Shown in pieces: positions 41,410 to 57,440 of a DNA stretch of 64,000 bases. The notes under the pieces were generated by a model that worked only from the letters and a program-made list of their open reading frames with translations, was not told where the DNA came from and searched no databases. The position numbers and the translations under genes are program-made. The number at the start of each line of letters is the position of its first letter. The stretch's first letter is position 1. The stretch comes from Octopus vulgaris (Eukaryota), in NCBI GenBank assembly GCA_951406725.2, contig OX597825.1, positions 70,060,001-70,124,000 on the forward strand, given 5' to 3'.

Positions 41410-42903
41410 GCACTTATTCATACAATGTTTATCCACTAAAATGAATCTATTCAACCAGTTTAACTTAAAAGTCCTTACCACACTAAGGAATCCGCTCATT
41501 CTACAGTTTTATATAAGTACATATATATGCGCACACATATACACGTATATAGATATAGATATATATTAACGTCTTGTGTGTTTTTATGTACAGTTCTGCA
41601 TAAAAACAACTAAATTTTAACTATTAACTCTAAAAATAACACTACTGCATTTAAATAGTCTGTAATTTCTTTTTACAAGATAAATATTGACTGCATCTTC
41701 GCAGTTTCGCGTGGGCAGGTTTCCACATTCAAGCGGAAGATATTAATCCATGACGACACTTAGATATCACTATCAAACTACATTGTGTTGGCAAACCTGA
41801 AAACAACTAGTTCAGGAAGAGTCTTTAAAACGAACTATATGAAAACAAAATATGAGCAGTTTGAAAACTTTTCGGAAGATCAATTTGAGGTGGGAAGCAA
41901 GGAAATAGATTTAAAGGGGTAAGTTTATCTGGTGCACAGGGTTATTATGCACTGATACGGGTTCACTCGAAGAAAATAAGGTCAGCGCAAGGTGGAGATT
42001 TTTGCCTCAATAAAAGATGTGCTCAAATGTAATCAGGGTATGGTCTTACGTGCCAGTGAAACGTGAATAAATACGAAGAGGGAACGGGGCTAATGCAGTT
42101 TCGCAACTCTCCTTGAAAAGTACATTTTTTTGTTTAAAAATAGTTTTTCGAATTCCTACGTTTTAGATGTCGGAGATTACGAAAATGCAAAAAAAAAAAT
42201 TTAATTTCGTCACCTTCCCCTTCCGAAATTTAAAATCTTGAACTGTTTCCGAAATTTTTTTAAAACTACCTTTTTCAAGTTTAAAATGCTCCGCTTCTAC
42301 CAAATTTTTAATTTTTCGCATTTCACCCCTCCTCTCCTGCGGACCTCACGCATAGTCAACCCCTCCTCCCCCCACACACACACGCACACACGTGCACACA
42401 AAAACAGACATTTCCGATATTTTTCAGCAGGTTCCTATGTTTTCGATGACAGAGACTCCGAATATACACGAAACCACGTTTTCAAAATTTTAGATTCAAT
42501 GTGTATAAAGAGAGATAGATAGATAGCTATGAATAAAGAAATAGGAATAAATAGAGAGACAAATAAATAAATGGCTGGGGAAGTTTTACGATTATTTAAA
42601 GCAACACAAGTAAAACGCAAATTCTTTTCACTTTAATGTATGTATTCTTCAGAGATCTGGATAAGCATTTCCCATCATCTATCTCGTATCACAAGATATT
42701 TAACCGACATACAATTTAGCTAGCCTATTCCACAACACCTAACATCGCTCAATATCCAGCCAGATTCAACAAGAAGAATCTTCTCTTAATTATACAGCTA
42801 GCAATCTAAAAAAAGAATGAATACATCAAGATCTGGTAACCGAAGTAATAACACACTAACAAATGATTACAACACATAGCAACCCTTGTATTATTATTAT
42901 TAT

Positions 42904-42943
<40 letters not shown>

Positions 42944-43261
42944 TGTAGTAGTATGGGGCATGCGCTGTAACAGCACGCCGCTGCATCCACCATTTGTTGG
43001 TTATCCTCCCAGTGCTTCTGGCAGATGACGCTCCCGCACCACTCAGGTGACAACTCTCCAATCTACACATTTCTTTGAGTAGCCGTTGCTGTTGAGGGTT
43101 TTACGAGGCCGGAGTGCCAATCCTCAACCCTTTGTAGTCACCGAATACAACACACAGAGGAAACATTGGGTCTATTTACTAACATGCTGCACCCCAAGCA
43201 GCCCTAGAGCAACGTGAAATGAAGTGATTTGCTAAAGAGCACAACACGCTGCCCGATTCGA

Positions 43262-43510
43262 GATATATTTTTGGTAGGAAAATATTCGAAATAATTGTAA
43301 TTAGGAATAAAAATATCATCGATATATCTGCAGCGTCCACGGAGTTGTTTGACCATATCCATCTTTTTTTTCTTCGGCATAAATCATTAACGAAACTGAA
43401 CTCACAAGAAGACAGACACAAATCGGCAAGTAAAGGTCAACAAAAAACACCCATCGGAATCCTCTTAATTTATCTAAACACCATCCGAATAAATGTAATA
43501 TGTGTTGGGG
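43262..43510 (-). pseudogene. Decayed Penelope-like reverse transcriptase fragment
   Basis: HITFIRMVFR*IKRIPMGVFC*PLLADLCLSSCEFSF.../MDMVKQLRGRCRYIDDIFIPNYNYF, matching the GIPMG...PLLADL and RYIDD RT motifs; possible DL...LYNKR continuation near 42780-42835. Confidence 0.7.
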
Positions 43511-44419
43511 TGGGGTGTGGTATTGTGGAGATACGACACTTCCATCGAAAACGCTATCATTAAAGTCACATTTGTAGAAATCATATTTGCCGAAAAGTCA
43601 CAAATTGAAGAACTACACTCCAAGAGGTATTCCTCAAAAATGCGTGTGTGCCTCTACCTGTTTGTGTTGTTAGTGCTACACACATTAATATGGTCTTTAC
43701 AAAGAGAAGAAAAGAATGGAAGGAATTTATTCCCCAGTTTGATTATAGTAATAGTCATGTTCTAGTTCCAAGTGAAATTTCTGACTTCGTATCTATCACT
43801 CGTATTATCACGTCTGGTTTTCATTTCACATAAACTTCACCAACTACATGAAATAAATCAATTCATTTGAAATAAAATTTACATTCTTGATTAGAATGAA
43901 AGGTTTTCATCAGAATCTTTCGTGAAGTTTAGAAATTTGAAAAATAGCTTGGAAATGCAACGCAACGATCAATCACTCTTACTTTGGAATTTCTATTGCT
44001 ACATTGATCTTGTATTGGTAATATAATCTTGGTACCGTTCATTGAAATTATGTGAGAAACATGTGTAATTGAAGTAGAACTGTTAGGAGCTAATCTGTAA
44101 TTAACGTTCATTAAATACGATGAATAATGCTAATCAACAGTTATGTAGATGCTTCAGAAAGTTGTGGGGGATCCAATCAATAGGGTAACTTATCTGTCTA
44201 CTTCTTCAGTGTCGGCTCTTTGGCTTGAAGCCAGGAATTCTGTAGTAATGGTAAGACGTCATTTATGATGTATCTGCATTGTTTAGTTTAGTCACTATAT
44301 ATTTAGAGAGAATCTTATTTCAGATTTGAATTTTCCCTTTAGTTTTATACAGCGTAGATAATTCAAATACCAGTAGTGTAATGGTATTGAATTAGGCGAC
44401 ATTACTTCGCTTACAAAAA

Positions 44420-44625
44420 CATCTAAGATCCACGCGGCTCCGGCAGAAGGTAATGGCAACCTTCTGCTGACTCTTTCGCCACAACTTTCTCTCACTCTTT
44501 CCTCCTGCATCGTGCAGCTCACCTGCGATGGACTGGCGTCCCATCCAGGTGGGGAACCTATACGCCAAGGAAACCTGGAAACCGGCCCTTGTGAGCCAGG
44601 CATGGCTCGAGAAGGAACAAACAAA
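44420..44625 (+). mobile_element. 5'-truncated SINE with 16-bp TSD
   Basis: Perfect TSD ACTTCGCTTACAAAAA at 44404-44419 and 44626-44641; central domain shared with 47934-48240; tail 'cctgcgatggactggcgtcccatccagg'. Confidence 0.85.
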
Positions 44626-44650
44626 ACTTCGCTTACAAAAATGCAAAAAC

Positions 44651-45068
44651 AGGCGGTGAGCTGGCAGAAACATTAGCACGCCGGGCGAAATGCTTAGCGG
44701 TATTTCGTCTGCCGTTACGTTCTGAGTTCAAATTCCGTCGAGGTCGACTTTGCCTTTCATCCTTTTGGAGTCGATAAATTAAGTACCAGTTACGCACTGG
44801 GTTCGATATAATCGACTTAATCTGTTTGTCTGTCCTTGTTTGTCCCCTCTGTATTTAGCCCCTTGTAGGTAGTAAAGAAATATGTATTTCGTCTGCCGTT
44901 ACATTCTGAGTTCAAATTCCGCCGCGATCGACTTTGCCTTTCATTCTTTCGGGGTCGATAAATTAAGTACCAGTTACGCACTGGAGTCGATATAATCGAC
45001 TTAATCCGTTTGTCCGTTCTTGTTTGTCACCTCTATGTTTAGACCCTAGTGGGCAATAAAGAAATAAG
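44651..45068 (+). mobile_element. SINE family B, dimeric body
   Basis: Head plus two modules starting 'gtatttcgtctgccgttac'. Confidence 0.9.
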
Positions 45069-45658
45069 AATCGTTACCTCACTGGGCAAAATACTTTCAT
45101 ACATCTTTACGTTCAGAGTTCAAATTCTGTCATGTTCGACTTTGCCTTTTACGCTTTCGGGTTTTATGTAATCGGCTTACCTCTTCCCGCGAATTTACTG
45201 GCCTTGTGCCAATATTTGGAATCAATATACACTTTAATTGAGCAATTTCACGTGAAGGAACCAACTGTTCAATCTTCAAAGTAAATATCAATAACAACGT
45301 GTCGTTTACAGATATTTGTGAAAGCTTCTCAATCAAATAAATGAATCGATAAAACATAAGCTTCTTTTTATACCTTGTTTTGTTTAATTTTTAGTTGTTG
45401 TTGTTTCATGCCATTTTTTTCCCAGCTCCAATGTATGAGGCGACAGAATGTCTCAATATTCTAGAGTGCAACAGATGTTTCTAGTTCTGTTAAGTAAAAC
45501 CCTTGCAAATCTACAAAACTAGAAACTACAGACGGTGGACGGTATTCAAATATTTCTAAACCGAATTCATTAGACAATTGCTAATATAATATAAGACCGT
45601 TCGTTTGGATTCCGTCACTGATATATATATATGTGTGTGTGTGTATGTGTGTGTGTGT

Positions 45659-45701
<43 letters not shown>

Positions 45702-45804
45702 TGTGTGGGGGGTATGTGCGTGTGTCTGCGTGTGTATTTGTGTGTGTGTATTTATATATATATATACATATATGTATACATAAATATATGTATGTACATA
45801 TATG

Positions 45805-45836
<32 letters not shown>

Positions 45837-45869
45837 CATATACATATATATATATGTATATATATATAC

Positions 45870-45919
<50 letters not shown>

Positions 45920-46041
45920 GAAGAGTATCAGGTTGATAGTCTCAGTAAAAGTGAGAAAATGAGAAAAAAATAGTGTTTTACGTCTAGAACATATATACAT
46001 ATGCAGACACACACATATATATATATATATACACATACATT

Positions 46042-46090
<49 letters not shown>

Positions 46091-46107
46091 GCACATGCAT
46101 ATACAGT

Positions 46108-46145
<38 letters not shown>

Positions 46146-46583
46146 TGTGTGTGTGTCTGTTGGAACTTGTTGGATATATGCCCTCTTCCGATTACTTACT
46201 GAAGCATAAGAAATATATCTGCAAATACGATATTTCATTTTCTTAGATGATAAATAGAATGCTCCCGTTTTGGGCCTATCACCCCCACCCCTTTAGTCTT
46301 CTCTTATATCTTTGAGCTAAGATTTTTTTTATCTTATTATTTGTTTGGTCGCCTGTTTGTATTGCAAAATTTCTCTCACTATCTCTCTCTCTCTCTTTCT
46401 CTCTGTGTGATTTTCCGTGTGTTTCTGTTGGTGTAGAGAGAGGTGCATTGTGTGCGTATGCATATGTATGTATATGTATGTATATGCATGTATATTTCGT
46501 ATTTCCTTTCATTTATCCATGACTCTGGATTTTGACCCTTTCTCTCTCTATCGCATTCATGATATAAATATATATACATACAA

Positions 46584-46815
46584 AGGCGGCGAGCTGATAG
46601 AAACGTTAGCGCACCGGGCGAAATGCTTAGCGGTATTTCGTCTGCCGTTGCGTTCTGAGTTCAAATTCCGCCGAGGTCGACTTTGCCTTTCATCCTTTCG
46701 GGGTCGATAAATAAAGTAATAGTTTCGCACTGGGGTCGATGTAATCGACTTAATCCCTTTGTCTGTCCTTATTTGTCCCCTCTATATTTAGCCCCTTGTG
46801 GGCAGTAAAGAAATA
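46584..46815 (+). mobile_element. SINE family B
   Basis: Head plus one module. Confidence 0.9.
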
Positions 46816-47902
46816 GATATAAATATATATACATATATACATATATACACATATATATATATATATATATATACATATAAACATGCAATATATATACATA
46901 TACACACATAATATGTATATACACATATACATATAATATATATATATATATATATGTGTGTGTATTCATATATTTATACATATATACATAAATTGTTGTG
47001 TCTATGTATCTGTATGTCCCTTTCTATTAATCTTTATATTTTATATATACAATTGTATGCGTGTGTGTGCGCACGCGCGAGTGTTTGTTGAAGTGGGCGT
47101 GCGTGCGAGTGTGTACAAGCTTGTACAAACTATACGACTAATATGTTTGTTCACTCTGCGCTCACATAGAATACTTCGGTTCAATAAGGTGAAGTGATCT
47201 TCTTCCTGGTCATGCTTTATGATGAAATATCTGAACGAAGTGAGAAATGTAAAGATGGCGAACCTTCCTACATGCTTTGCACACTTTGTGGATGTGTAAT
47301 ATTGATTTAGAAAGGAGACAAATTTATATTGCAATTGATGTAGCAGCATTAGCAAATTCTCGATTTGCAGTTAAGCATTGCAACCTATTAATTTATAGTC
47401 ATCGCACGATGATTTTGCTAATATATGCTCTGATTGAAATTAGTACATCTGTATTATATTATTATACTACATTGTTATATTACTCACGAGCTCATAATGT
47501 GTTAAGTTAAATTGAAATCCGGAAAGCGAAGAAAATGGTGGTGACGTGTGTCGGCCACAATTATCCAGTAGAAAGAGAACTCGACAGGCGATTTCCATAA
47601 GTTTATTTAGGAGTATGAAAGTTAATGTTTTAGATTACTGCACTTGATCTGAGAGTAAATGAAAGGCTTAAAGACAAACGTGCCGTTGTCACTTGGGTTG
47701 TAGGCAAGTCACAATGTATGAATAATATATATCGATAATGTATCAATGACGTCATCGAATTGGTTGGATTGTTTGAGCTTCGAGAATGGTGCGTGCTTTA
47801 ATAGTATTTCATCCGGCTGCCTTCGTTCTAAGTTCAAATCCGACTTCCTTTCCGCAATACATACGAAAAATAGAAACTTGTCCACCGCAATATGGTAAAA
47901 CA

Positions 47903-48890
<988 letters not shown>

Positions 48891-49547
48891 AATGAAAGGA
48901 AAAGTTAACCTCGGCGGAATTTGAACTCAGAAATTAAAGACAAGTGAATTGCCATTAGCACTTTGCCCGGCCTTGCTAACGATTCTGGTAGCTCGCCGCA
49001 TTAAACCCATGACGTATTCATAAGAGACATATACTCTGTATCAACGACACAACAAAATATTCGAGATTTCACAAGAAGTGACTAAGACTTTTATTAAGCG
49101 GCATACGAAGTAATCTAATTTCTCTATAAACTACAAATCATTTTGAATGTGAAAACTATGTACGGGAAACAGAATAAATAGTAAACGTCTTAATATGCTT
49201 TTCACAACCACATGTGATATTCAAACTATCTACTGACATATCCTTGTGTTATATTAGAGGTATCGTCATGTTGTGTTAAATTGTTTGAATTTCTCCATTT
49301 GTCATACAGAAATGTATTTATACATTTACTAAATTAGCGACAATGAATCTACAAAGACGTACAGAATTGTCTTCTTCAAATATATCTTTGGGTCTCGTCA
49401 ATTTATTCATATAGTAGAGAGATAGCTGGCATTGCTCCAGCGCATTTACACGAACATACACACACTTGGTATAGTATTTGTACAAAACGTATCATGCAAT
49501 AATATTGCGATACAACTATAGACAGTTAGATAGACAGACAGACAGAC

Positions 49548-49630
<83 letters not shown>

Positions 49631-50050
49631 CAGACAATGGGATAATACATACAAATCAGCTTTACGTTTTCTAATGGCTTTTAACTTCAGCGGCTTGGAG
49701 TATGAGTATAAGTAGTCTCTGGTGTATATTTAAGCATATACAAAAAAATTTTGATACAATTCTCGTTCTAAGAAATTAATGTAGGTCAAACAAAGTCTCT
49801 ACTGTCACATCACCGATAATAGATATATATTTGTTATACATCTGAATGTGACATGTATTTATTGTATGAGTAAACTGATATACATACATATTCGTATATC
49901 TTTATTCAAATATATATATAATTATGGATATAAATATATATATATGATATTTATATATATATATATATATATATATCATATATATTAGTGTGTGTATATA
50001 TACACATATATATACATATGTATATGTGTATATATATGCATATATACATT

Positions 50051-50111
<61 letters not shown>

Positions 50112-50434
50112 AGATATATATATAAAATTAATAAATAAAACATATGCATATGTACATATATGTACGTACCTACCTCTACATGTATATATACATGCATATA
50201 TGGGTACGGGACACCAAAAATAAACGTCGAACACAATGAGAAACGAAAACATAAACAAAATTAAGGAACTGGACATTTTTCTTAAACAACGAAAAAATAG
50301 AGTACAGGACAAATAATACAAGGAAAATTCCCCCTCTTCAGTCGCCATGGTTTCATCTACTCTGCGTTTATGTTTTATTTATTAATTTATTATAAGACGG
50401 AACGCACGCATCCATTTCGAAGTAAGATTGTTCT

Positions 50435-50468
<34 letters not shown>

Positions 50469-50719
50469 GTGCATGTGTATATATGTGTGTTTGCCAGGAA
50501 CTATTTCACTATTTCATTGAAATCATTTCCCTTTCACTCTTCAAATTTTTAGATTATGAAATTGAAGTGATGGATGGTTTCCCTAGTACTAAGAATATTC
50601 CAATGCAATTTTAAAATAGTCTACTCAACATAAAATTTTTGTACGCTCCCTCTCTTTTTCTCTGTCCAGTATATGCACCTATGCATATATATTATATACA
50701 CATTGCATCTATATCTATA

Positions 50720-50776
<57 letters not shown>

Positions 50777-50802
50777 TAATAATAAAATGACAAATATATA
50801 TT

Positions 50803-50849
<47 letters not shown>

Positions 50850-51655
50850 TATGTATGTATGTATGCATGTATGTATTTATGTATAAATTCATATCTAGAC
50901 AGAGGTCTCCTTGAAAATTACTGTCGCCTATTTGTATGTCTCTCGAAATACTTTATATTCTTTTGTGTACCCTCTACATACGTCAGCCTTTGAATTCTAC
51001 CTTTTCACACACCTACCTACCCACCTACGTACATACATACATACATACATACATACATACAAATATTCGTATATCTATTTTTACACGCAGACACGAATGC
51101 ACACTCACACACATACTCCACTTATATGTGTGTTTTTGCTTTTATTATGCCCTATGTGAGTGTATGAGAGAGAGATAGAAGAGAAAGAGAAAGAAAAAGA
51201 GTATGCTTGGCTATTTTTATATATTTGTATTCTTTATACAGTTGTACGATATATTTTCGTTTGTTATGATATTAATAGTATATATAATGGGGCGCTGGTA
51301 CACGATAGATATATGATTGTAAAGGAGAAGAGAAACTTGAATAGGAATAATTGCCCCATATTATCTACGTCAGCCTCATTTTCAACTGTATTTCAATATA
51401 TTCTTCCTTGACATACAGGCCATCTTTCCTAAATATAAGTAGAGGACTGTAGACAGATAATTCATCAAAAAATATTAAAAGTAAAATGAATTTTGTCGTT
51501 GATTTGAAGCATTTTCGAATTCACTCTCCTATTTTTCATACACACATTCAAATGCATAGAAACACATACACAGACGTACGCACAAATATACATACATATA
51601 CACACATATATATGTAGTAATATATAAGCGTATGTATTTATATAAATATACATTG

Positions 51656-51687
<32 letters not shown>

Positions 51688-51904
51688 TATATATATATGA
51701 GTATATGAATAAATGTATGTATGTGCGTATATATGTATTTATATATAGAGAGAGAGGGGAGAGAGAGAGAGAGAGAGATAAACAGATAAATACTTCCAAA
51801 CAAAATCTTGTTATATAGAATTAACTTAGATAACGTATGTGTGATTGTGTGTCTTTGCGTTCATGTGTTCCTGACCATCTATCTAACTATCTATCTATCT
51901 CTCC

Positions 51905-51941
<37 letters not shown>

Positions 51942-52043
51942 CATATATTCTTTTATTCTTTTATTCTTTTACTTGTTTCAGTCATTTGACTGCGGTAGTG
52001 CTGGAGCACCGCCTTTGGTCGAGCAAATCGACCCCGGGACTTA

Positions 52044-52083
<40 letters not shown>

Positions 52084-52168
52084 TATTAGGGAATAAATCC
52101 AAACTTACAGGGAAAAATCAGATTTAGGATTAACTCCAATTTTATAGTATAAATATATTATATTATAT

Positions 52169-52206
<38 letters not shown>

Positions 52207-52287
52207 GACAGGCTTCTTTCAGTTTCCGTCTACCAAATCCACTCACAAGGCATTGGTCGGCCCGAGGCTATAGCAGAAGACACTTGC

Positions 52288-52830
52288 CTTTTAGGATCGA
52301 TAAAGTGAGTACTCGGGTTGGTATAATCGACTTAACTCTCATCCGCTTCGTCTCCAAAATGCAACTGAAGTTTCCTAAATCTTCAAGTTGATCTCAGGAT
52401 CTAAGCATTCATCCCTGCAGTAAGAACTGTTCAGATGCAAAAGGACATATCATATTAATTTTGTTTTTTTGGGAGAAGTATATTTAGTTCCAAACAAGTC
52501 TCTACTGGATTAAGTGTAAACATCACCTTAGACTTCTCCAGTCTAAAGGTAGAATAGACATTGGAAAAGACTTTCATTATTTTCTTAAGACACATATAAC
52601 ACATGCACACACGCACACGTGCACACACACACACATATACATATACATATATATATATATATATGACGGGATTCTTTCAGTTTCCGTCTACCAATTCCAC
52701 TCACAAGGCATTGGTCGGCCCGAGGCTATAGTAGTAGACATTTACCCAAGATGCCACGCAGTGGGACTGAACCCAGAACCATGTGGTTGGTAAGCAAGCT
52801 ACTTACCACACAATCACTCCTGCGCCTATA
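52288..52830 (-). repeat. Inverted segmental duplicate, arm 2
   Basis: Reverse complement of 48361-48890 with a ~30-nt deletion. Confidence 0.9.
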
Positions 52831-52849
52831 TATAAATATATATATAACT

Positions 52850-53172
52850 GGCACTCCATCGCTTACGACGATGAGGGTTCCAGTTGATCCGATCAACGGA
52901 AGAGCATGCACGTGAAATTAACGTGCAAGTAACTGAACACTCCACAACCACGTTTACTCTTAACGTATTTCACTAGGGACATCAGCGTGACACAGAATTT
53001 GACAAGGCTGGCCCTTTTTAAATACAGGTACTACTCATTTTCGCCAGCTGATTGGACTAGAGCAACGTGAAATAAAGTGTCTTGCTCAAGGACACAACGT
53101 GTCGCCGGTAATTGAACTCACGACCTTAAAATCTTGAGCCGAATGCCCTAAGTACTAAGCTGCGCGCCTTCA
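52850..53172 (-). mobile_element. tRNA-derived SINE, family C core with a different tail
   Basis: 'gagcaacgtgaaataaagtgtcttgctcaag.acacaac' core and tRNA-like head. Confidence 0.8.
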
Positions 53173-53181
53173 TATATATAA

Positions 53182-53390
53182 ACAGGGTTGGGCAAAAGTC
53201 ACTTGACAGTAAATCAAAACCATTTAATTCCAAGATTTATTTCTGTTTAACAACTGAATGAATTTAATAAAAGCATCTAAATATGAAACATAAAAATTGT
53301 TCTTGAGCGGCACATTTTTCCATTCGCGTCAAAATAGAATTACAGATAGCATTTCTGGAATTTTTATTTACCGTCGTGTCGCTTTTAGTC
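53182..53390 (-). mobile_element. Tc1/mariner-superfamily 3' end remnant
   Basis: TIR-like 'cagggttgggcaaaagtcacttgac'; minus-strand peptide RNAICNSILTRMEKCAAQEQFL resembles a transposase C-terminus. Confidence 0.5.
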
Positions 53391-53393
53391 ATA

Positions 53394-53502
<109 letters not shown>

Positions 53503-53562
53503 CGTTAGCTCCTATACGCATTTTTTTCTCTCCTTGTTTCTCTCCTTGCTTTTTTCTGTGTA

Positions 53563-53600
53563 TCTTTCTGTCGAAGAGCTTAGGCTCGAAACGTAAAAGA
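53563..53600 (+). ncRNA. Minimal hammerhead-like motif (A6U) in a pLTR-type repeat
   Basis: TCTTT-CTGTCGA-A-GAGC-ttag-GCTC-GAAA-CG-TA-AAAGA. Confidence 0.5.
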
Positions 53601-53620
53601 CTTTTTCGTAAACTTTCCCG

Positions 53621-53657
<37 letters not shown>

Positions 53658-53658
53658 T

Positions 53659-53710
<52 letters not shown>

Positions 53711-54105
53711 CGGCGTACATACACTTTGGTCTCTTATATGTAGATATATATTTATTTAAATCTTATACGACTTCATTCTTTTATTCTTTCCTTCTTTCTA
53801 TCAGCTCTTTCACGCTAACTTTGTTCATTCCACTCTTCGTTCTTTCGTTTCCCCTCTCTCACATTTCATTGCCTTTTCTTCATGCTCACTTTCCCTCCTC
53901 TTTTCACTTCACTGTTTCCCTGTCATTTTTTTCTTGACCCTCCTTATTTCTTTTGTCCTTCTGCCTTATAGTAGAAAAAATAGCTAAGTTTTTGGTTGCT
54001 ATTTCTAAAGTTCGGTATGAGGTTAAGCAAATTTTGGGCTGAGCCCTAATTATAATCATACTCATAATTATAAAATAATATTATATATATATGTGTGTGT
54101 GTGTG

Positions 54106-54139
<34 letters not shown>

Positions 54140-54165
54140 TGTATGTATGTATGTATGTATGTATG

Positions 54166-54287
<122 letters not shown>

Positions 54288-54728
54288 ATGTGTTTATTCG
54301 CTAAAAAGGAATAAATGAATAAAAACTAAAATGACTATCCTGAAATAAAACAATATATATATATACATATATATGCCGTATATATGTCTATATATATACA
54401 TATATGCATATATATATTCATATGTATATATATATATGTATGCATATACAAACATACATTCAACACACATAAACGCATAGTGATATAAATACATATATAT
54501 ATATAAATTGTCAGTATGTGTTTAAGTGCGGGTGTCGTTGTGTGGCAAGGAGTTTGCGTCTCAACCCCAAGGTCTCAGGTTCAGTCTCACACAGCATGGT
54601 AGTTTGAGCAGGTGTCTACTACGATAGCTCCGGATCAACTAAAGCTTTGCGAATAGATTTGGCAGACTGACTGAAAGTAGTTCGTCATATATGTATGTGT
54701 GTGGGGTGGTGTGTGTATGTATTCATGT

Positions 54729-54791
<63 letters not shown>

Positions 54792-55143
54792 CATATCTTT
54801 ATGTACATAAATCTGTAGGAATGTGAGAAAAAATAAGTTCCATACTGAAAATAAAGAAAAATCTAGTTCGCGTTAAAAAATTGATTGCTTTTTGTTATAA
54901 CGTTGTATGTTTTCTCTCGTTCTATATTCTATTCGTAGTCTCTTGTACTTTTAAAAATATCTTTGAAAGTGTATCAAAATGAATTGTGGCATGATTCTTT
55001 ATACAATACCCATTTTGTTTGCTTTAATAAATTATTTGAAAATATATATTTATCATAACTTTCTTTATATATTCCATTCACAAAAAAGTTACCGAGAAAT
55101 AATGACATCGTTATACATACATACATGCATACACAGAAACAGC

Positions 55144-55192
<49 letters not shown>

Positions 55193-55729
55193 GGCTTAGT
55201 AAAATAAATTACTTTGCCGCATACTGAACTTATTAGAAATAGCAGCTAAAAAACTTTTTTAAAAACCATTTCTAATACTTAAAGAAAATCTCTCTCGTAT
55301 AGTGTTTGGTCAAACACATTTGAATTCGCCTTAAATGGTCCCTTTGCATACTGAACACTTGGTGAAATTAATTAATAATTAATTAATTTTACCCTCAATT
55401 GTTGAAATTATAATTAATCTCCTTCTAATTAATGCTTCGGATTTTACCGAAATAAGCAGAGTGTTTGTTGATTTTAACCCACGCTGGTGGAAAGGGGAGG
55501 ACAGAAATTCTTCGCTTGCATGTTTGGGTTTGTTGGCACTGTTAGTTACGAGCAGATCTTCGAAGGAGATGAGAGGCCGATGGAGTATGCTCTCACTTTC
55601 AGTGTTTTCAAATCCAAACCATGGAGTTTCTGAGCTGATGATAGAAGTGTCTTGATGACTAATCTTGAAACGTACGTTCTCAAATAACCTTTGCATTTGA
55701 TTTTTTTATGTCTTTACCCCCAAACTTTC

Positions 55730-55829
55730 NNNNNNNNNNNNNNNNNNNNNNNNNNNNNNNNNNNNNNNNNNNNNNNNNNNNNNNNNNNNNNNNNNNNNNN
55801 NNNNNNNNNNNNNNNNNNNNNNNNNNNNN
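55730..55829. other. Assembly gap (100 N)
   Basis: Direct reading. Confidence 1.
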
Positions 55830-56555
55830 TTCTTGATGCCAAATTTAGAGTCCTTGGCACTATGCAGTGGCGCCCAGTTCTAGTATTTGTGTAACTCACG
55901 ATGCCAAAGTTTAGAACAAGTCCTTCCAGGACTTTCCAGATGTATATTATGGCAAATCTTTCTCGCATACGCTCTAGAGAATAGAGTATTAATCTCTCGA
56001 GTCTTTCCCAATAGCTTATATGCTGCATAGAGGCTATCTTTTTCGTGTAGCTTAGTTGGATTGCCTCAAGTTCTGAGATTAATTTGACACTGGTTGGTGA
56101 CCATAGCTGAGAGCAATAGTCAAAGTGGCTTAGGACAAGTGTCCTCCAGAGGACCATCATGGTTTCCTGGTCTCTTGTTCTAAAAGTTCTAAGAATCCAT
56201 CCGGTCAGCCGCCTACATTTCATTGCCAATTTAGCAACATGCACATGAAAGGTTGCATCATTACTCATGTAAATATCCAGGTCTCGCACTGATTGTGCCT
56301 CTGGGATTGCAATCCCTCCAGGTCCAGTGTATTTATTGGGTATTGTATGATGATAGCACAAGGCTTGAAACTTTTCAGCATTGAATTGCATGCTATTCTT
56401 TTCAGCCCACTTGTATATTTCATCCAGCTCACTGTGCAGGTGCATAGTGTCTTCAGGGTTCTGCATAACTTGCGATCGTGGTGGCTCTCTGTGTGGCTGA
56501 GCGCATGTCTGAGAGGGCCATTATGAACAGTAGTGGTCCAAAACAGTGCCTTGCG
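55830..56555 (-). mobile_element. CR1-like LINE RT fragment
   Basis: QGTVL/GPLLFIMALSD...SYA/...IYKWAEKNSMQFNAEKF...VRDL...GWILRTF...DYCSQLWSP...LEAIQ...SYWERL..L.LYSLER. Confidence 0.92.
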
Positions 56556-57358
56556 TAATTGTGTATAGAATTATACATATATGTACTGTTTTAAACTATT
56601 ATATTTCCAGAAATTCATTCATCTCTGTGAAAGAAACGAGCGAAGGTTTAGAAAGCAAATTGGATTGCTATTCTATGGGTAAGGAGTAAGAAGGGGAAAA
56701 GGGGTGGGTGCGTAGAAACCAGTTTAACGGTTTATCACTATCTGGAAACGACAGAACAGGTGAGGTGAAGTCTATGTGTGTGTGTGTGTGTGTATGTGTG
56801 AGTTCGCGCACGTGCGTGCGTATGTTTGTATGTGTATATGTGTGATGCATATATTTTCTACCCCCTTCTGAGGAGCAAAATCTGGAAACGTTAGTTTTTT
56901 AACTCTCCACGTCGATTGAATATAGTCAACTTCCTGTAAAGCCTCTTTCGTATGAAAATAATTGTATCATTATTTCCTTTATTAATGAGACCTAGCTTTA
57001 AAATAAGCTGTCAACAACGACCAAGTTCACAGTACGAAAGCAAATTTACGATTTTGATAGTAGATATGAATGAAGCTTAATTAACGAAGAAATAAGAAAA
57101 CATCTCTAAAAACGCACATGGGTGCAAATTTCCGTAAGTTTTATGAAACGTGTATAATTTTCTAATTCTTGAAATTTTCAAAGTTCAAAATATGTACTCC
57201 CAACACGAACACTGATGAGTTTAAAGTAAAGGAAAATATTTATTCACAAACATTAGATCAAGAACATTCGAAGATAGGTCAGAAAGAGAGGGGGATGGAG
57301 AGAGAGAGAGAAAGAAGTAAAAGGTGCCAACACCTTTTATGGACATATATTTGTATGT

Positions 57359-57440
<82 letters not shown>

